A stretch of 63,818 nt of DNA, filler included, from an uncultured bacterium (GTDB taxonomy: Bacteria > DAOPZR01), in assembly GCA_964637655.1 (NCBI GenBank). It is 4 parts of 4 records of this genome, joined end to end, with 100 filler letters (N's around TTAATTAATTAA, not from the genome) between each part and the next. Parts side by side here need not be neighbours in the genome. Positions count along the whole stretch, not along the records: positions 32,098 to 47,913 come from CAZWUZ010000053.1; positions 48,014 to 63,818 come from CAZWUZ010000054.1; 2 more parts are not named here. One strand, 5' to 3'. The notes under the pieces were generated by a model. The model was not told where the DNA came from. It did no database searches and was given only the letters and a program-made list of their open reading frames with translations. A program made the position numbers and the translations under genes. Shown in pieces: positions 37,685 through 49,450 of this stretch. Within the stretch, counting starts at the first letter, position 1; every line of letters starts with the position of its first letter.

Positions 37685-39049
37685 ATGACCCGGGAATTGC
37701 AGCTGCAGGTGACCACGCGCCTGACCACTGACGGTATGGCGCTGCGCTGTCGCGGAAGGAAGTGGCGGCTGTCGTACCCTGATGGCATCTGGGGGGCGGC
37801 ACCGGCGTCACTCCGGCGGTTTCTGCATGAGCAGTTCGCGGCGCTTTTCACCATCAATGTGCCGCAGGTGAGCGGGGCCGCCGCGCTGACGCTCGATACC
37901 CCCATGCCGCTCTTCTGGCAGCGCTACCGCGCGGTGGTGCAGGAGAGCATCCCTTATGCGGTGGAGGGGACGCAGTACGACACCGCCACGGTCATCCGCG
38001 ACTTCCACAATACGCGCTATGGCTTCGCCGACGGTGTGCCGGCACTGCCGCCGGCGACCTGGCCGCGCCCGGGCGACACCGCCATCCTCCCCTTTTCCTG
38101 CGGCAAGGACAGTTTATCGACGCTGGCGCTCTGTCGCGAACTGGGACTGCGCCCCGTCTGCGTCTATATCGACGATACCGTCTCGCCGTCGGAAAACCGC
38201 CTCAAGCACCGGTATCTGCGCGCCATCGGACGCGACCTCGGGGTGCGGACGTACATCGTCCGCAACGAACTGGAGCAGTTTGCCGACGTCGACTACTGGC
38301 ACAAGCCCTCGTCGCTGCTCCCCTACAGCCACATGCTGACGGGGTTCATGCTGGCGGCGCTCCCGGTGGCGTACCGCGAGCGCGCGGCGTGGATCATCCC
38401 GGGCAACCAGCAGGACATGAACTACCCGTTCGTCAATAAGGACGGTTACCGCACCTACCCGTCGGTGGACCAGACCGCGGCGTGGCTGCGCGAACAGCAC
38501 CTGCTGGTGCAGCAGGCGACCGCGGGCCGGGTCGGGGTCTGCTCGCTGATCGAACCCTTCACCAACCTCGCCCTCATGGGACTGCTGACGCGCCGCTACC
38601 CGGAGGTGGCGCGACACGAGATCAGCTGCGATTCCCTCGATATCAGCGACGAGCCGCGCTGGTGCCATGCGTGCAACAAGTGTGCGCGGCTCTACCTGTT
38701 TACCGCGGCGGCGGGGATCGACCCGGCACTGGTCGGCTTCCACACGTCGATGTTCGGGAAGGGGAAGGAACGCTGCTTCTCGCTCTTCCGCGGGGAGGAG
38801 ACCGACTGTTACGAGATGTCGGTGCAGGCGCGCGACCAGCAGCTGCTCGCCTTCCGCCTCGCGGCGGACGCGGGGTTCACCGGCGCCTGTATCGACCGCT
38901 TCCGGCGCCAGTTCGCGCGGGAGGAACAGCGGCGGCATCGCGAACTGCTGCGCGCCTATCTCGACCTGCAGCCAGCCCCCAACCTCCCCGCGCCGCTGCG
39001 CCGCGACGTGGCGCGTCTCTACGCGGACCACCGGCGGCGCTCCTGCTGA
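37685..39049 (+). CDS. PP-loop (adenine nucleotide alpha hydrolase) enzyme, QueC/MurL-like
   Basis: FSCGKDS PP-loop; C-terminal SC...WCHACNKC cysteine cluster; GGAGG RBS. Confidence 0.65.
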   Translation: MTRELQLQVTTRLTTDGMALRCRGRKWRLSYPDGIWGAAPASLRRFLHEQFAALFTINVPQVSGAAALTLDTPMPLFWQRYRAVVQESIPYAVEGTQYDTATVIRDFHNTRYGFADGVPALPPATWPRPGDTAILPFSCGKDSLSTLALCRELGLRPVCVYIDDTVSPSENRLKHRYLRAIGRDLGVRTYIVRNELEQFADVDYWHKPSSLLPYSHMLTGFMLAALPVAYRERAAWIIPGNQQDMNYPFVNKDGYRTYPSVDQTAAWLREQHLLVQQATAGRVGVCSLIEPFTNLALMGLLTRRYPEVARHEISCDSLDISDEPRWCHACNKCARLYLFTAAAGIDPALVGFHTSMFGKGKERCFSLFRGEETDCYEMSVQARDQQLLAFRLAADAGFTGACIDRFRRQFAREEQRRHRELLRAYLDLQPAPNLPAPLRRDVARLYADHRRRSC

Positions 39050-39666
39050 TGAGCGCCCTGCCGGACACCGCCGGGCTGGAGCGCGACAAGTACGGCAGCG
39101 CCACGCGCCGCCGCCTGATTGCCCGCTACGCGCGCGCCTTGCAGGCCGGTCTTGACGAACTGGCCCCGGCCTCGGTTCTCGATGCGGGGACGGGTACCGG
39201 CGATCTCTGGACGCTGATGCCCGGCCCGCTGCCGCCGCTGGTGGGGGTTGACTGCGACCGCACCTGCCTGCGCACCAGCCGCCTGCCGCGCGGCCGCCTC
39301 GCCTGCGCCGACGCGGTGCGCCTCCCCTTTCCGTCGCGCAGCATCGACCTGGTCTTCGCGGTCGAGGTGCTCGAACACAGCGTCCACCCCGACGCGCTGC
39401 TGGCGGAACTGGTGCGCGTCGCCCGGCGTCATGTGCTCGTCGGGGTGCCGCAGGAGCCGTGGTTCCGCCTCGGCTGTCTTGCCGCGGGGCGGTACCTGAC
39501 GACACTGGGGAACAGCCCGAACCATCTGCAGCAGTTTACCGCGCGCACCTTTGCCGCGCTGCTCGCCCGCCACGGGAAGGTCATCCGCCGGCAGCGTTCG
39601 TTTCCGTGGCAGTTCGGGGTTATCGCGGTGCCGCCCGTGCCCGACGGGAAACAGGCGCCGGCGTGA
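39049..39666 (+). CDS. Class I SAM methyltransferase
   Basis: LDAGTGTG, LPFP..SIDLV..EVLEH and VPQEP motifs. Confidence 0.85.
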   Translation: MSALPDTAGLERDKYGSATRRRLIARYARALQAGLDELAPASVLDAGTGTGDLWTLMPGPLPPLVGVDCDRTCLRTSRLPRGRLACADAVRLPFPSRSIDLVFAVEVLEHSVHPDALLAELVRVARRHVLVGVPQEPWFRLGCLAAGRYLTTLGNSPNHLQQFTARTFAALLARHGKVIRRQRSFPWQFGVIAVPPVPDGKQAPA

Positions 39667-41308
39667 ACACCGCCCTGGCCGACCGCCGGTTCCGTTGCCT
39701 TGCCATACCGCTGGCGATGGCGGTGACCGCGCTGCTGCTCTGGGCGACCTTCCGCGATGTCGGCATCGGGGTCGACGAACTCAACTACCTGCAGCGCACG
39801 GAAGCGATGGCCGCCTACCTCGACGGGAGCAGGCGCGCGCTGGCGCGCGGCGACTGGCAACTGCCGCTGAGCGAGCCGTTCATTCTCAGCAGTTTCCACC
39901 GCGCCAGCAACCTGCCCGGGCACCCGGATTTCTTCCGCCTGGTCAANNNNNNNNNNGCTGGGCGCTGGCGCGCGGCGCGCTGACCGACATCTATGCCAAC
40001 CGGCTGGGCAACCAGGCGGCTTTCGTGCTGGTGTTCTGCCCGCTCTTCCTGCTGGTGCTGCAGCAGCGCACCGGGGGCGGCGCGGCGCTGTTTTTCTACG
40101 CGGCCCTGCTGGCCAACGGGCGCATCTTCCACGAACTGCACATGAGCACCTTCGACCTGCCGGTGATGACGATGTCGTTTGCCGCGCTGGCTGCCGCCCT
40201 TGCGGCTGACCGCCGGCGTATCGGCCCGCTGCTGGCGGCGGTGCTGCTCGGCTGCGCGCTGAATACCAAGCTGCAGGCGGCATTTCTCTATGGCGGGTTC
40301 TTCGCGCTGGCCCTGCTGCAGCGCAACCGCAGCAACGGGCGACTGCTGGCGGCCGCGCTGCTGGTGGCGCCCGCGGTCTACTGGCTCGGCCGGCCGTGGT
40401 TGTGGCATGACACCTGGTACAAACTGGCGGCCAACGCCGCCTACTACCAGTCGTGGAGCGCGCAGACCACGCTCTTCGGCTACTTCTACCGGCTGCCGGT
40501 CTGGTTTCTCGGCGAACTGTACGTGCGCAGCGGCGAGAGCGGCGGCGCGCCGTTCTACTACCCGCTGGTACTGATGTGGGCGACGCTGCCCGTCTTCGTC
40601 CTGGCGCTGCTCCCGGTCGGGGTGCATGCGCTGCTGCAGCGCCGGGAACGCGGCGACATCTTCATCCTCGGCGCGGTGGCCGCGTTTCTCGCCATGGTGC
40701 TGCTCCCCGCTGCCCCTAAATACGACGGGGCGCGGCTGTACGTCACCGTTTACCCGCTGCTCTACCTGCTGGCGGCGGAGGGCTACGCGCGGTTGCGTCA
40801 GCGCAGCGCGGTGGTGCGTCGCATCTGGTACCGGGCGGGCGCGTTGCTGCTGCTGGCGCTGCTGGTTGCCGGGCTGCTGCACCTGCGTCCCTACTACGAG
40901 GCCTGGTACAGTGACAGCGTCGGCGGGGTTGCCGGGGCCGCGCGCCTTGGGCTGGAGACGCAGACCACGGGCGCCTGTGTCAACGAGGCGTTTATCACCG
41001 GCGTGCTTGGCCGGCTGCCGGCCGGCACCAGCGTCAGGCTGCTCCCGGAAATCATGCCCATCCTGCAGCTCTACCGCGAGTACGGGATGCTGCGGCCCGA
41101 CCTTGACATCGACACGACGGCCCGGCCGCAGGTGGCGGTGGTAGTCAGCCGCCAGGGCTTCTACAGCGGCTGGCTGCACGCGCTGCTGGCCCGCGACCGC
41201 CCGGTGCTGGTCAGGGAGCGTGACGGGGTGCCGCTGATTCGCGTCTATGTCGACCCGCGTGACCGGGAGCGCCTGACCGCGTGTCTTGCCCCGGCGGGGC
41301 TGCGCTGA
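39663..41308 (+). CDS. GT-C (family 39/PMT-like) membrane glycosyltransferase, spans an N gap at 39947-39956
   Basis: GVDE motif after TM1, GHP, LNTKL and KYDGARLY motifs; many TM helices. Confidence 0.7.
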
Positions 41309-41338
41309 TTGCCAAACCGGCCAGCCGGCAGGTACAAT
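41309..41338 (+). promoter_or_regulatory. Internal sigma70-type promoter
   Basis: TTGCCA-N18-TACAAT. Confidence 0.5.
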
Positions 41339-41370
41339 ATGAACGCGACACGGGTGGAGTGAGGACCGGC

Positions 41371-42300
41371 ATGACCACGGTAAGCATAGTCATTCCCGCG
41401 CGGGACGAGGCGGAAAACATCGGGGCGCTGACCGCGCGACTGCTGCAGGCGGCGGCAGCGCTGCCGGCGTACCGCTTTGAATACGTGTTTGTCGACGATG
41501 CCAGCCGGGACGAAACGGCGGCCGGCCTGCGCGCGTTTGCCGCCGGGCGTGACGACGTGCGCCTGCTGTCGACCGGGATGGAACCGGGACTGACCAACGC
41601 GCTGCGCACCGGTTTTGCCGCGGCAACGGGCGACCTGATCGCGTTCCTGCCGGCCGATCTGCAGTCCGACCCGGTCACCGACCTGCCGCTGCTGCTGGCA
41701 CCGCTGGCGGAGGGAGCCGATCTTGTGCTGGGGGTGCGGCGTTCACGCCGCGGCTACAAGCGCCTGGTCACGCGCGTCTACCACGCGCTGGCGCGCACCT
41801 GTTTCGGGGTCAGTTTCCGCGACATGAACTGGATCAAGGCGTTCCGCCGCGAACTGCTCGACGAGTTCCACCTGCGTTACGAATGGCACCGCTACCTCCC
41901 GGTCTTCGCGCATCATGCCGGGCGGCGCGTGGTCGAGGTCGATACCGACGAGCGCGTGCGCACGCACGGGCGGTCGAAGTTCGGCCCGGTGAGCAGTTTC
42001 AAGGGGCTGCAGGATCTTATCACGCTGCAGTTCGACCTGTTCTTCCTGCGCCGCCCGATGCGCCTGTTCGGCACCGCCGGCATGCTGCTGCTGCTGCTCT
42101 CGGCGCTGCAGGCGACCGCGATGTTCACCTACCTCGTGGCGACGGGATTCACCGTCCGGCTCGGGGCGGGTATCTACGCGATGCTCATCCTGCTGGTCTT
42201 TGCCGGCTGCCAGTCGTTCGGTTTCGGGTTGCTGGCGGAGTACCTCGCGCAACTGCACGAGCAGCTTGCCACCCTGCAGAAACGTGAACGCGGGCGCTGA
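41371..42300 (+). CDS. GT2 polyprenyl-phosphate glycosyltransferase (ArnC/GtrB-like)
   Basis: VIPARDE..NI, VDDASRD, ADLQSDP, HRYLP and GRSKF motifs; two C-terminal TM helices. Confidence 0.88.
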   Translation: MTTVSIVIPARDEAENIGALTARLLQAAAALPAYRFEYVFVDDASRDETAAGLRAFAAGRDDVRLLSTGMEPGLTNALRTGFAAATGDLIAFLPADLQSDPVTDLPLLLAPLAEGADLVLGVRRSRRGYKRLVTRVYHALARTCFGVSFRDMNWIKAFRRELLDEFHLRYEWHRYLPVFAHHAGRRVVEVDTDERVRTHGRSKFGPVSSFKGLQDLITLQFDLFFLRRPMRLFGTAGMLLLLLSALQATAMFTYLVATGFTVRLGAGIYAMLILLVFAGCQSFGFGLLAEYLAQLHEQLATLQKRERGR

Positions 42301-43408
42301 CGGCTGCGTACCGGCGCTGCCCGGCGCCGGTCGCCGCGGCGTGCCGACCGCAGCGCGTACGGAGAGCGGCGAATACACGCTGCTGCTGCCGCAGCCGCTC
42401 CCCCCGCCGCCGGCCGGGGAAACCGTGCTCGCCTGCCGCGTTGGCGGCGACTGGCTGCCCGCGGTGACCCGCGCCGCCGACGGCACCCTGCAGGCGGGGT
42501 TCGATCTGCCCGTGGCACTCGCGGATAACCTGCTGCCGCTGCGTCCGGTACCGGCACTGCTGCGTCATGGCGGCGGGCTCCTCTCGGCACTCCCCGGCCC
42601 GGTCAAGCGCGGGGTGCGTGCGGTCGAGGGCATGCTGCGCGGGCGCAGGGAAGTCCCGCCCGATCCGGACAGCGAAGCACTGGCGACACTGCTCTGGCCG
42701 TCGCGCCCGTGGCGTACCGCTGACCCGTCGCTCTATCTCACGCTCGATATCGACCGCGCCTCGGCGCTGGCCAACCTGCCGCGCGTGGCGGCGGACCTCG
42801 AACGCAGCGGCTGGCGCGCGACCGCGTTTGTGCCGCTCTCCCTCTGGCGCACGCATGGCGCGCAGGCACCGGAGTCGCCGGCGCTCGATTACGCGGTGCA
42901 TGGTGACACGCATTGCCCCGGTGGCAGCCGCGGCGACCTTGCGGCCGCACTGCAGCACCTGCCGCCGCGCGTAGCTGCCGGCTACCGCGCCCCGTTCCTC
43001 CGGCTGGATGCGCCGGTGGTGACGGCACTGCAGCGTTGCGGGTTCCGCTACGACTCGTCGGTGAGCGCAACAGGATTTTCCACGGGGGCCTACGCGGTAC
43101 CGGGCAACGGCTTTCCCTGGCCTTTCCGCGTCGGGCACCTGCTCGAACTGCCCGTCACGCTGCCGCTCGACAGTACGCTGGTCTTTCGCGGCTCTACCAA
43201 CACGGCTATCATGCAGGCGTGGACGGAAACGCTGGTTGCCCGACGGGCGCAGCGTGCGCTGCTGCTCATGGCGGTGCATCCTGATGACCACCTGCTCTGC
43301 CGCCCGGGGCTGTATGAGACGTGGCTCCACGTCCTGGGCGAGGCGCAGGCGCAGGGTCTGGCCATCCGTGCGCTCGCTGACGGAATGGAACGATGGACCT
43401 CCTGCTGA
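42284..43408 (+). CDS. Polysaccharide deacetylase (NodB-like) family protein
   Basis: LTLDID, ATAFV, HGDTH, GYRAP, YDSS and ELP motifs; start uncertain. Confidence 0.72.
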   Translation: MNAGADGCVPALPGAGRRGVPTAARTESGEYTLLLPQPLPPPPAGETVLACRVGGDWLPAVTRAADGTLQAGFDLPVALADNLLPLRPVPALLRHGGGLLSALPGPVKRGVRAVEGMLRGRREVPPDPDSEALATLLWPSRPWRTADPSLYLTLDIDRASALANLPRVAADLERSGWRATAFVPLSLWRTHGAQAPESPALDYAVHGDTHCPGGSRGDLAAALQHLPPRVAAGYRAPFLRLDAPVVTALQRCGFRYDSSVSATGFSTGAYAVPGNGFPWPFRVGHLLELPVTLPLDSTLVFRGSTNTAIMQAWTETLVARRAQRALLLMAVHPDDHLLCRPGLYETWLHVLGEAQAQGLAIRALADGMERWTSC

Positions 43409-44793
43409 TCAACCCGGTGCATCCGCTGGCGGCGCGCTACGGCGGCTTTGCCGCCGCCAACGTTGCCCCCGTCTATCCGCCATTGGGACTGCTGGCACTG
43501 GCGGCGTGGTTGCGCGAAAAGACGGCGCATCGCGCACGCCTCCTCGATGCCGAAGCGGAAGCGCTCGACTTTGCCGCGCTCGACGCGGCGGTGCGGCAGG
43601 CGCCGGAAACAGTCATCGGTGTGACGCTGCGCACGTCGGCTTACCCGCCGCTGGTGCCGCTGCTGCGCGGCTGGCGCGCGGCGGGGAAGACCGTCATCGC
43701 GGGGGGCATCCACCCGACCATCGACGCGGACGGAGTGTTGCATGACGGCGCGGCTGAGTACGTGGTGCGGGGAGAAGGGGAACAGACACTGGCGGCGCTG
43801 CTCGACGCGCTCGCGGCGGGGCGTACGGTCGACGGCATCGATGGCGTGTCGTGGTGCGCGGGAGGAGACGTGCGGCACAATGCGCCGCGCGCGCTGCTGG
43901 AGAATCTCGATGAACTGCCGCTCCCGGCGCGCGACCTGGTGCCCATGGAACGCTACCGCGCCGGGCCGCAGCATTACCGGCAGCAGCCGCACACCAGCAT
44001 GATGGCCTCACGCGGCTGCCCCTTTGCCTGCACGTTCTGTTCGAGCCGCTCGCTCTGGGGCCGCCGCTATCGCGTGCGCAGTGTCGCTTCGGTCATGCGC
44101 GAACTCGACGACCTGCGCGACCGCTATGGCATCCGCGACGTCTGTTTCTGGGACGACCTGTGGGGGCTGCAGCCGGCGTGGGTGGAGGAATTCTGCGACG
44201 CGATGCGCGGGCGCGGCCTGACCTGGTCGTGCGAAGCGCGGGTCGACACGCTGACGGAGCCGCTGCTGCGGCGCATGGCGGCGGCGGGGTGTTTCTGCAT
44301 CTTTTTCGGGTTCGAGTCGCTCGATGCCACCCGCCTGCAGGCGTTGGGGAAGGGAATCACCCCGGAACAGATCGCGCAGGTGAGCCGCTGGTGCGCGGCA
44401 TGCCACATCGAAGTGCGGGCGAATTTCATGCTCGGGCTGCCGGGGGAGACACCGGCGGCAGTGGAGCGCGAATTCGCGCGCATCTGCGCGTTCAACTTCG
44501 ATTTCGTCAAATTCAACATTTTCACCCCCTACCCGGGGACGGAAGCGCGGGCGTGGATCGAACAGCATGAACCGGAACGCCTGCTTACCGACCCGGCGAA
44601 GTTCACCGGCTACTTCGCCACCTACCTGCCGGCCGGCTATGCCTCGCGCGCAGCACTCGAAGCGCTGCGCGACCGCCTGCTGCGCCGCTACTATTTCCGC
44701 CCGCGCTATATCGCGCGGCGGCTGCGGCGGCTGACGAGTGTTGCGGAACTGCGCCGCCACCTGGCGGGCGCGCGCGCGCTGCTCGGACGCTGA
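43393..44793 (+). CDS. Cobalamin-binding radical SAM protein
   Basis: PPLGL, GGIHPT, GEGE, SRGCPFACTFC, GFES, LGLPGET and TPYPGT motifs. Confidence 0.92.
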   Translation: MDLLLINPVHPLAARYGGFAAANVAPVYPPLGLLALAAWLREKTAHRARLLDAEAEALDFAALDAAVRQAPETVIGVTLRTSAYPPLVPLLRGWRAAGKTVIAGGIHPTIDADGVLHDGAAEYVVRGEGEQTLAALLDALAAGRTVDGIDGVSWCAGGDVRHNAPRALLENLDELPLPARDLVPMERYRAGPQHYRQQPHTSMMASRGCPFACTFCSSRSLWGRRYRVRSVASVMRELDDLRDRYGIRDVCFWDDLWGLQPAWVEEFCDAMRGRGLTWSCEARVDTLTEPLLRRMAAAGCFCIFFGFESLDATRLQALGKGITPEQIAQVSRWCAACHIEVRANFMLGLPGETPAAVEREFARICAFNFDFVKFNIFTPYPGTEARAWIEQHEPERLLTDPAKFTGYFATYLPAGYASRAALEALRDRLLRRYYFRPRYIARRLRRLTSVAELRRHLAGARALLGR

Positions 44794-44794
44794 C

Positions 44795-45520
44795 ATGGCC
44801 GACTACCTGACCAGCGAGGGGAAGCGCCTGACGGTGCCGGGCGGGGTGCTGCCACGCCTCGGCTATGCGCTGCTCGGGGTGCCGCATCTCGGCTATCGCG
44901 CACGGCTGCAGCGCTACCGTTCCTTCCTGCAGGACGTGCCATGCGGTACGATGGTCGAACTCGGCTGCGGCTACGGCTTTCTCGGGCGCGACCTGCCGGC
45001 ACGGTGCTATGCCGGGGTGGATACCGATGCTGACCGGCTGCGGCGGGCACGGGCGGGCGGGCGGGCGGCGGTGCGTGGCGATCTCTGTCGCGCGCCGTTC
45101 GCAGCGCACTCCGCTGACGTGGTGGTCATGGCGGAGGTGCTGGAACATTTGCCCGACCCGGAGACGGCGCTGGCGGAGGCCGCACGCCTGCTCAAGCCCG
45201 ACGGCATACTGCTCGTGAGCGTGCCCTATCCTGACGCCGGCGACTGCGACGCGTTCGGGCACGCGCATCCGGGCTATACGCAGGCCGCACTGCGTGACCT
45301 GCTGACCCGCGCGGGGTGGCAGGTGGAGCGCCTCGCACCGTATGGCGGGGAACTCTTCGCCCGTGCCTGGCGCGCGCAGCGCGCGCTCCCCGGCGGCATC
45401 GTCGCCGCCACGCTCTGGTTTCTGCTCATGCTGCCGCTGCTCTGGCTCGATCCGTGGCTGGCCACAACCCGGCAGCCCATCGGCTGGATCGTTCGCGCGA
45501 CCCCGGTCGGGCGGAAATAA
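44795..45520 (+). CDS. Class I SAM methyltransferase
   Basis: ELGCGYG, EVLEHL and LKPDG....VP motifs. Confidence 0.85.
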   Translation: MADYLTSEGKRLTVPGGVLPRLGYALLGVPHLGYRARLQRYRSFLQDVPCGTMVELGCGYGFLGRDLPARCYAGVDTDADRLRRARAGGRAAVRGDLCRAPFAAHSADVVVMAEVLEHLPDPETALAEAARLLKPDGILLVSVPYPDAGDCDAFGHAHPGYTQAALRDLLTRAGWQVERLAPYGGELFARAWRAQRALPGGIVAATLWFLLMLPLLWLDPWLATTRQPIGWIVRATPVGRK

Positions 45521-45522
45521 AC

Positions 45523-45553
45523 GACGCCCCGCCGGTATCGCCGGCGGGGCGTC
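45523..45553. terminator. Hairpin between convergent genes
   Basis: GACGCCCCGCCGG-TATCG-CCGGCGGGGCGTC, 13-bp perfect stem, weak U-tract. Confidence 0.7.
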
Positions 45554-45565
45554 TGTGGCTGAACG

Positions 45566-47749
<2,184 letters not shown>

Positions 47750-47913
47750 CGTGCTGCCTCCTTGTGCCGGTCTGACCGGCGGATTCGGTCGTTTCGCGGG
47801 GTGTCTAACCCTTGCGATTTCATAGTCATTGACCAATACTTCACGGCTCTACTCGAATGCAAGGCAACGACGGATGGGAGGTTTTCGTGCGCGGCGTTCC
47901 GTCAGCTAAAACA

Positions 47914-48013
47914 NNNNNNNNNNNNNNNNNNNNNNNNNNNNNNNNNNNNNNNNNNNNTTAATTAATTAANNNNNNNNNNNNNNNNNNNNNNNNNNNNNNN
48001 NNNNNNNNNNNNN
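47914..48013. other. Artificial contig linker
   Basis: 44 N + TTAATTAATTAA + 44 N. Confidence 0.97.
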
Positions 48014-48015
48014 AT

Positions 48016-49431
48016 TTCGGTGACAGCACCACCGCTATTGCCCGCACCCTGCTACTGCGCCCCGATCGCGTTCTGGCCCACCTGCTGCAGGCCATGCGCC
48101 TAGATTTCTTCGCCGCTCTCCTGCTGCCGCTCCTGCTGCTGCCGCTCGTTGCGCCCCGCTACCTTCTGCTCGTCCTGCCGGTCTTCCTGGTCATCCACCT
48201 GAGTAATAATCCTGCCCATCGTGACTACACCCTGTTTTATCACACCGAGTGTATTCCCGTATTGTGGGTCGCCACCATTGCCGGGTTGCGCCGTCTCAAC
48301 ACCGTCATGCACATCGCTGGTCATCCCCCCGCTGCGGCCATCTCCCTCCTGCTCTGCCTGGTCGCTGCCGGTTACTGGCTGTTTCTGTATGATGACGCCC
48401 GCCTGCCGGTACAGCTTCGCCTCTGGCCTCCGGCCAACAGCGATGCTCCGCTGCTTGACCATACCCGTACCCTTATTCCCGTCGACGCAACGATCGAGGC
48501 CGCGCGCGGCCTCTGTTTGCACCTGCCCCCCGGGCAGCGCGACTATTATCCTCCGCACAAGCTGCCCCCGGGACCCGAATACCTGCTTTTCTACATCGAT
48601 CCGCTCACCCGTGCGACCCCGGACGCACTCATCATCCTCAAGCACATCGCCGCCCTTACCGGCGAACACGGTTATGGGGTGCGCCTGGCCAGCAGCTGGG
48701 TCTACCTGCTGCAACGGGGTGTGCCGGTGCCGGCCGGCTTCGCCGCGCACCTCGATACCGCACTCGCCCGTGTCTGGAGCGGGCAGCTTGGCCGGCCAAT
48801 CGCGGAACGCCACCGGCCGTTCATCATCAGTGCCGAATTCTATCCACGCCAGCCCTGGCAGCGTACACCCCTGCGCTATGGCCCCGGCCGCGGCCTCGAT
48901 ATCGATGTCATCGCCGCATCCATGCCGCCGCAGTTTTCCCTCACCCGTTTTACCGGCGCACTCAACGATGCCTCATTCGCACACAGTTTTTTCCTGCCCG
49001 TCGAGGATGGCGAACATACGCGCGCAATCTTTCTGCCTGACAGCAACGCGGTTCCCGGCATCAATGACTTGTATCTCCGCGCGGAGACGGCCGATGGCGC
49101 CGTGTTGACCGCGCAGTTCCCCGTGCTGATCGACACCGCCCCCCCGACGGTCACGCTCCGCCGCGTTGCTGCTGCTGCCGGTGATCCATTGCGCCTGGAC
49201 GTTGCCATTGATGACGCTCACAGCACGGTAATCTGGTGGTATGCAGTCAATGATCCTGATGACTCCCGCCACCGAGCCGCGTTTTCCGGGTTGCTCGGGA
49301 ACAACTATGCCCGGCGCACCTACGCCTGTACGCTAACGCTGACGGAACCAGTCGCCACGGTCGATACGGTATACGTGGTTGCTGTCGATGCCTGCGGGAA
49401 TCAGGCTCAACAGGAACTCGTCCTCCGCTGA
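48016..49431 (+). CDS. DUF2079-like membrane protein with C-terminal beta-rich domain (5' truncated)
   Basis: Open from the contig start: FGDSTTAIARTLLLRP, TM helices, FYH..IP; C-terminal IDTAPP and AVDACGN Ig-like motifs. Confidence 0.6.
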   Translation, partial: FGDSTTAIARTLLLRPDRVLAHLLQAMRLDFFAALLLPLLLLPLVAPRYLLLVLPVFLVIHLSNNPAHRDYTLFYHTECIPVLWVATIAGLRRLNTVMHIAGHPPAAAISLLLCLVAAGYWLFLYDDARLPVQLRLWPPANSDAPLLDHTRTLIPVDATIEAARGLCLHLPPGQRDYYPPHKLPPGPEYLLFYIDPLTRATPDALIILKHIAALTGEHGYGVRLASSWVYLLQRGVPVPAGFAAHLDTALARVWSGQLGRPIAERHRPFIISAEFYPRQPWQRTPLRYGPGRGLDIDVIAASMPPQFSLTRFTGALNDASFAHSFFLPVEDGEHTRAIFLPDSNAVPGINDLYLRAETADGAVLTAQFPVLIDTAPPTVTLRRVAAAAGDPLRLDVAIDDAHSTVIWWYAVNDPDDSRHRAAFSGLLGNNYARRTYACTLTLTEPVATVDTVYVVAVDACGNQAQQELVLR

Positions 49432-49450
49432 ACAGGCACCGGCAGTCCGT

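Noticed and set aside
39947-39956. Frameshift or pseudogene in the GT-C gene
   Set aside because: The frame change coincides with a 10-N gap of uncertain true length
47750-47913. Glutamine riboswitch or nitrogen-regulator site upstream of glnA
   Set aside because: No recognisable consensus by eye, and the region is cut by the contig end
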